A DNA stretch of 63,622 bases, counting the filler, from Pelomyxa schiedti (Eukaryota > Protista > Evosea): the NCBI GenBank assembly GCA_020536535.1. It is 14 parts of 14 records of this genome, joined end to end, with 100 filler letters (N's around TTAATTAATTAA, not from the genome) between each part and the next. Parts side by side here need not be neighbours in the genome. Positions count along the whole stretch, not along the records: positions 58,990 to 60,451 come from JAHLWZ010002490.1; positions 60,552 to 62,015 come from JAHLWZ010002488.1; positions 62,116 to 63,622 come from JAHLWZ010002458.1; 11 more parts are not named here. The stretch is one strand, 5' to 3'. A model generated the notes under the pieces. It was not told the DNA's origin. It saw only the letters and a list, made by a program, of their open reading frames with translations, and did not search any database. Position numbers and translations under genes: made by a program. Of the stretch, positions 60,434 to 63,622 are shown one piece after another. The stretch's first letter is position 1. The number at the start of each line of letters is the position of its first letter.

Positions 60434-62115
60434 GTTCCCAGCTCCGCTTCCNNNNNNNNNNNNNNNNNNNNNNNNNNNNNNNNNNNNNNNNNNNNTTAAT
60501 TAATTAANNNNNNNNNNNNNNNNNNNNNNNNNNNNNNNNNNNNNNNNNNNNTGATGAGGGTATTGCTGGCCAGCAGAGCTTCCCCACTTTGTACAATTTT
60601 GTAACGTGTCTGGCCATTGTTGTCCCCTCACAATGCATGTGCTCTGTGTGTTATTGGTTGTACCAATAAAACGAAAATTTCACCAACCTGGGTATTTCCA
60701 CGAAAATGCATCATCGGGTGCATATTCTATGTTCATTTTGTTGTTCACACTAGTTAGACAGGTTGCATGTGGCTGCTTTGAAGGGGGATGTCGATTGGGC
60801 TCATGCTGGCTGCTGGCGCAAATCCAAAGGTTGATTATTCTCACTCTCGATTTCCGGCCGGGTTTTACATTTTCAAAATCTTTTTCCGTTTTTTCAGAAA
60901 AGTGGGGATGGAAAGGGCATCGTCCGGTTGTCCGTAAGACAGGGTGAAAAGAAACTTCGAAATTTTTTTTCACGGAAGGGCATAATGTGCAGGGAAATGA
61001 GCAGGGAAATGAGCGGCACTCATTTGGTGATTATCTCCCCTCAAGTCACGCCAAATCAGCTGGCTTCACCTCCAACATGTGCACCACTAGTCGGAGAACG
61101 AGGTGGTCCTTTGGAGCGGGTTAAGAGGCCTTAAGGTGGCTCGGTGCCAACCAAAAGTCGTTTTTTGTCCTTTGGCCCCTCCCACTGGTGACGCAGGGCA
61201 GCTTTGCCCCGATGCACGACGAGACGACGTCCCACACCCCTGCAATGACGGTGGCGGTACGCAGGGATGTTGACGGTCACTCGTGGCCGACAAAATCGAG
61301 TGCGCACCATCGACATCAGTGACGGAACAGGATAGAAATGGCTAAAAATTCTATGTACAAGCCTGAAGTCGAAAATCGACTTCAGGCAAAAAAAAAAAAA
61401 GTTATGCCCTTTGTCCTTGGATAAAAAATCGTGCCACCTTTTTTTAAATCCACATTTTGAGAAGTGGGCGTTGTGGGGTACACATGAGAGTAAGAAGGGA
61501 AATTTGGGCCTGGTTGTGCACCCGTCACAGTAAAGTGTGGTAGTTGGAAAGCGGAAAAGCGGGGGAGAGTGGGTAAGGGAAGTTGGGGTTGGTCAGTCCG
61601 GTACCTACAACTGTTTAGCAATGACAAAAAAGTAGAAGGATGTACGTCAGTGGTTGTCATGTCAGCAGCGGCAGGAAGGTTGACCACCTAAGTGTAAAAA
61701 AAAAAAAAAAGCATTCCAGTGTCCCAGTGCTGAAAGAACAGATGGAATTTACCTTGCCCGCTGGAATGATAGTTATCTACTATGGGAAAAAGAAAACAAA
61801 GAAACAAGAAGCCCAGTGGAAGGCACGGAAATACATAAAAGGGGTGAGGCAATGCTGTAGGCCTAATACAAGTCGTAAAGGTGTAAAAAATTAATTTTAA
61901 TTAAATTAATAATAAACAATTAAAAATTAAATTGAAACAAACACGTCCAGAAATAAAACAATTAGATATTAGATGGAACGACGTGATGGAATAGACAACA
62001 CAAGGCGGGTACCGCNNNNNNNNNNNNNNNNNNNNNNNNNNNNNNNNNNNNNNNNNNNNTTAATTAATTAANNNNNNNNNNNNNNNNNNNNNNNNNNNNN
62101 NNNNNNNNNNNNNNN

Positions 62116-62350
62116 TGGTAGTAAGGTGTATGCTGCGTATTGCAGCCTGTACCTGCTCTGAACCAAAGTAGGCCTGTGAAGTGACAAGTGGGGGGTAGGT
62201 GTTTAGCAGTGCCCGGCCCTTTTGCAAGGCATCTTCAGATATGTCATACAAGTACACGGAGTAACCATGCAAAGCACACTGAAGTGCAATCTGGGTGCCC
62301 AGTAAGCCGGCACCCACCACAACGACGGTGTGTATATCCTCCACAGTCAT
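62116..62350 (-). CDS. 3-hydroxyacyl-CoA dehydrogenase, N-terminal fragment
   Basis: IHTVVVVGAGLLGTQIALQCALHGYSVYLYDISEDALQKG (Rossmann GxGxxG of the 3HCDH family). Confidence 0.85.
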
Positions 62351-62469
62351 CTCTGTTTATAATAAGTGGCTGCGGTATATTTTAGTGTCATCTATCACGA
62401 GGGAATAAGTGCGATGTGATTAGTAGGGACATAAAAGAGGGCGTATAACGATCGGGGAGTGATATTCAA

Positions 62470-63051
62470 TTATGGGGATGGGGGAGGGGACATTCCCTTG
62501 AGGGAAGGAGGGAGCACTGCGGCGCCATCCCTCACGCGCACCACCAGCGGCACTCTGCCCACAAGGCCGAAGAACTCCCTGTCAAGCGTGGCTCTGTGGT
62601 CCAGCAACCACACATCCCCCAGCTTCCAACTAGCAGCAACAGCAGCAGCGGCAGTGGCCCCACCGACGGTGCTACTAGTACCAGTGCCGGTACCAGTACA
62701 AGCCCCTACGGTGGCGTACTTGCGCAGCGCGGCCACGGGTGGGGGTGTGTCTTCGACGTCGCAGTCGTAGTCGCCGTGGAGGGCTATGAGGAGGTCGTCG
62801 GGGGCCACGTTGGGGATGCCCAGCTGGTTGTGGCTGTGGTGGCTGGGGTGGGGGCTGCCGCCGGGCGGCGTGGGCGTGCCGAGGATGCACGAGGCGAGGT
62901 CGTGGCCGGACCAGCCCTCCTCCGCCGCGACCATGGCCGCCCTCGTGCCGCCCTCGCCCTCGCCCTCGTCCCCTGTGGCCGTGGCGGCTGTTGGTGTGTG
63001 AACCACCCATACACGGTGTTGTTGCGGGTGCCTAGCCGTTGCCTTCATCAT
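62470..63051 (-). CDS. Hypothetical protein
   Basis: GC-rich ORF with globular-looking blocks (RVWVVHTP; AMVAAEEGWSGHDLASCIL; DDLLIALHGDYD; LGDVWLLDH) separated by low-complexity linkers. The overlapping + ORF looks like a shadow. Confidence 0.4.
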   Translation of the reverse strand: MMKATARHPQQHRVWVVHTPTAATATGDEGEGEGGTRAAMVAAEEGWSGHDLASCILGTPTPPGGSPHPSHHSHNQLGIPNVAPDDLLIALHGDYDCDVEDTPPPVAALRKYATVGACTGTGTGTSSTVGGATAAAAVAASWKLGDVWLLDHRATLDREFFGLVGRVPLVVRVRDGAAVLPPSLKGMSPPPSP

Positions 63052-63622
63052 AATCAACAAAAAAATTCCCAAAATGGTTCGCCCGATGAGAGAGGAGTGG
63101 TTCACATCGATTGCCGATCCGATTCACCTGGTTCATCGGCCGCACCCAGATTCCCTGGTTCTGTAGAACCAAGGGCAACCCTGTTTCACACTAAAAAGAT
63201 TGGTCTGAAGAAGTTGTGGGATTTGGTATTTTATTTATTTGGTAGTAAGAATGGTATTCACAATGGATTGGGTAGCCAGAGGGAGGCCAACCACAAGTGC
63301 AAATCCAAGTAGAACCTCGCTGTTGACAAATGAAACGTCGTCATAGTGCCCCTGTGTCGGTGGCCATGATTTGTAGTGGTGTGATATCTCATACACGGCA
63401 GCGGATAGCACTGCATGCATAAAAACAGTGTTCCACATCAACTGCCCTGCTGATCCTGCAGCCGGCTGGATTGTTGTGGGTGTTGTGGTTGGTGATGTTG
63501 CTGATTGGCGTTGGTGGATTTGGCCCAGGCATGTGGCCGAGACAAGAAAGCAAGAGAATTTGTGCAGCACTGTTAGGATTACACTGAGAACCTATGTTTT
63601 GATTGGTGGGTATTACTAGTTG

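Noticed and set aside
62596-63312. 238-aa + strand ORF
   Set aside because: Val/Gly/Ala-rich composition typical of an antisense shadow; the minus frame looks more protein-like.
1-63622. tRNA, rRNA, telomeric repeats, prokaryotic operons or defence systems
   Set aside because: None recognised by eye; introns and gene content indicate eukaryotic nuclear DNA. tRNAscan-SE/Infernal would be needed to exclude small RNAs.

Overview
Eukaryotic, intron-rich DNA (short introns, mostly ~40-220 nt). Gene content (TKL kinase, MORN/Sel1 expansions, a large intronless orphan family) suggests an amoebozoan; by recall it resembles Pelomyxa (Archamoebae), which is not verified. The window is not one continuous molecule: 14 gaps of exactly 100 nt split it into 15 segments, and 13 gaps contain the artificial six-frame-stop linker N44-TTAATTAATTAA-N44, so adjacency across gaps cannot be trusted. 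Reconstructed conserved genes: TKL kinase (3' part), MFS transporter, TRAPPC13, Ubc6/UBE2J-type E2, Tat-SF1/Cus2, condensin II CAP-D3, eIF5A, a divergent eEF2 paralogue, a MORN-coiled-coil-RING protein, a Gfo/Idh/MocA oxidoreductase, an F-box protein, and 5' fragments of HPRT and 3-hydroxyacyl-CoA dehydrogenase. Accessory content: about 12 copies or fragments of one orphan superfamily (N-terminal A[RK]xQhxAL..RCG motif, C-terminal hhDxxTGFxh motif), a decayed Sola/DUF7869-like transposase, a Ty3/gypsy RT relic in a CpG-free tract, a 1.2-kb dispersed duplication with twin intronic palindromes, a ~300-bp tandem repeat, two long hairpins, a scrambled Sel1/MORN locus and several GC-AG introns with GCATG donors. 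All domain calls come from manual translation and motif recall; no database searches were run.
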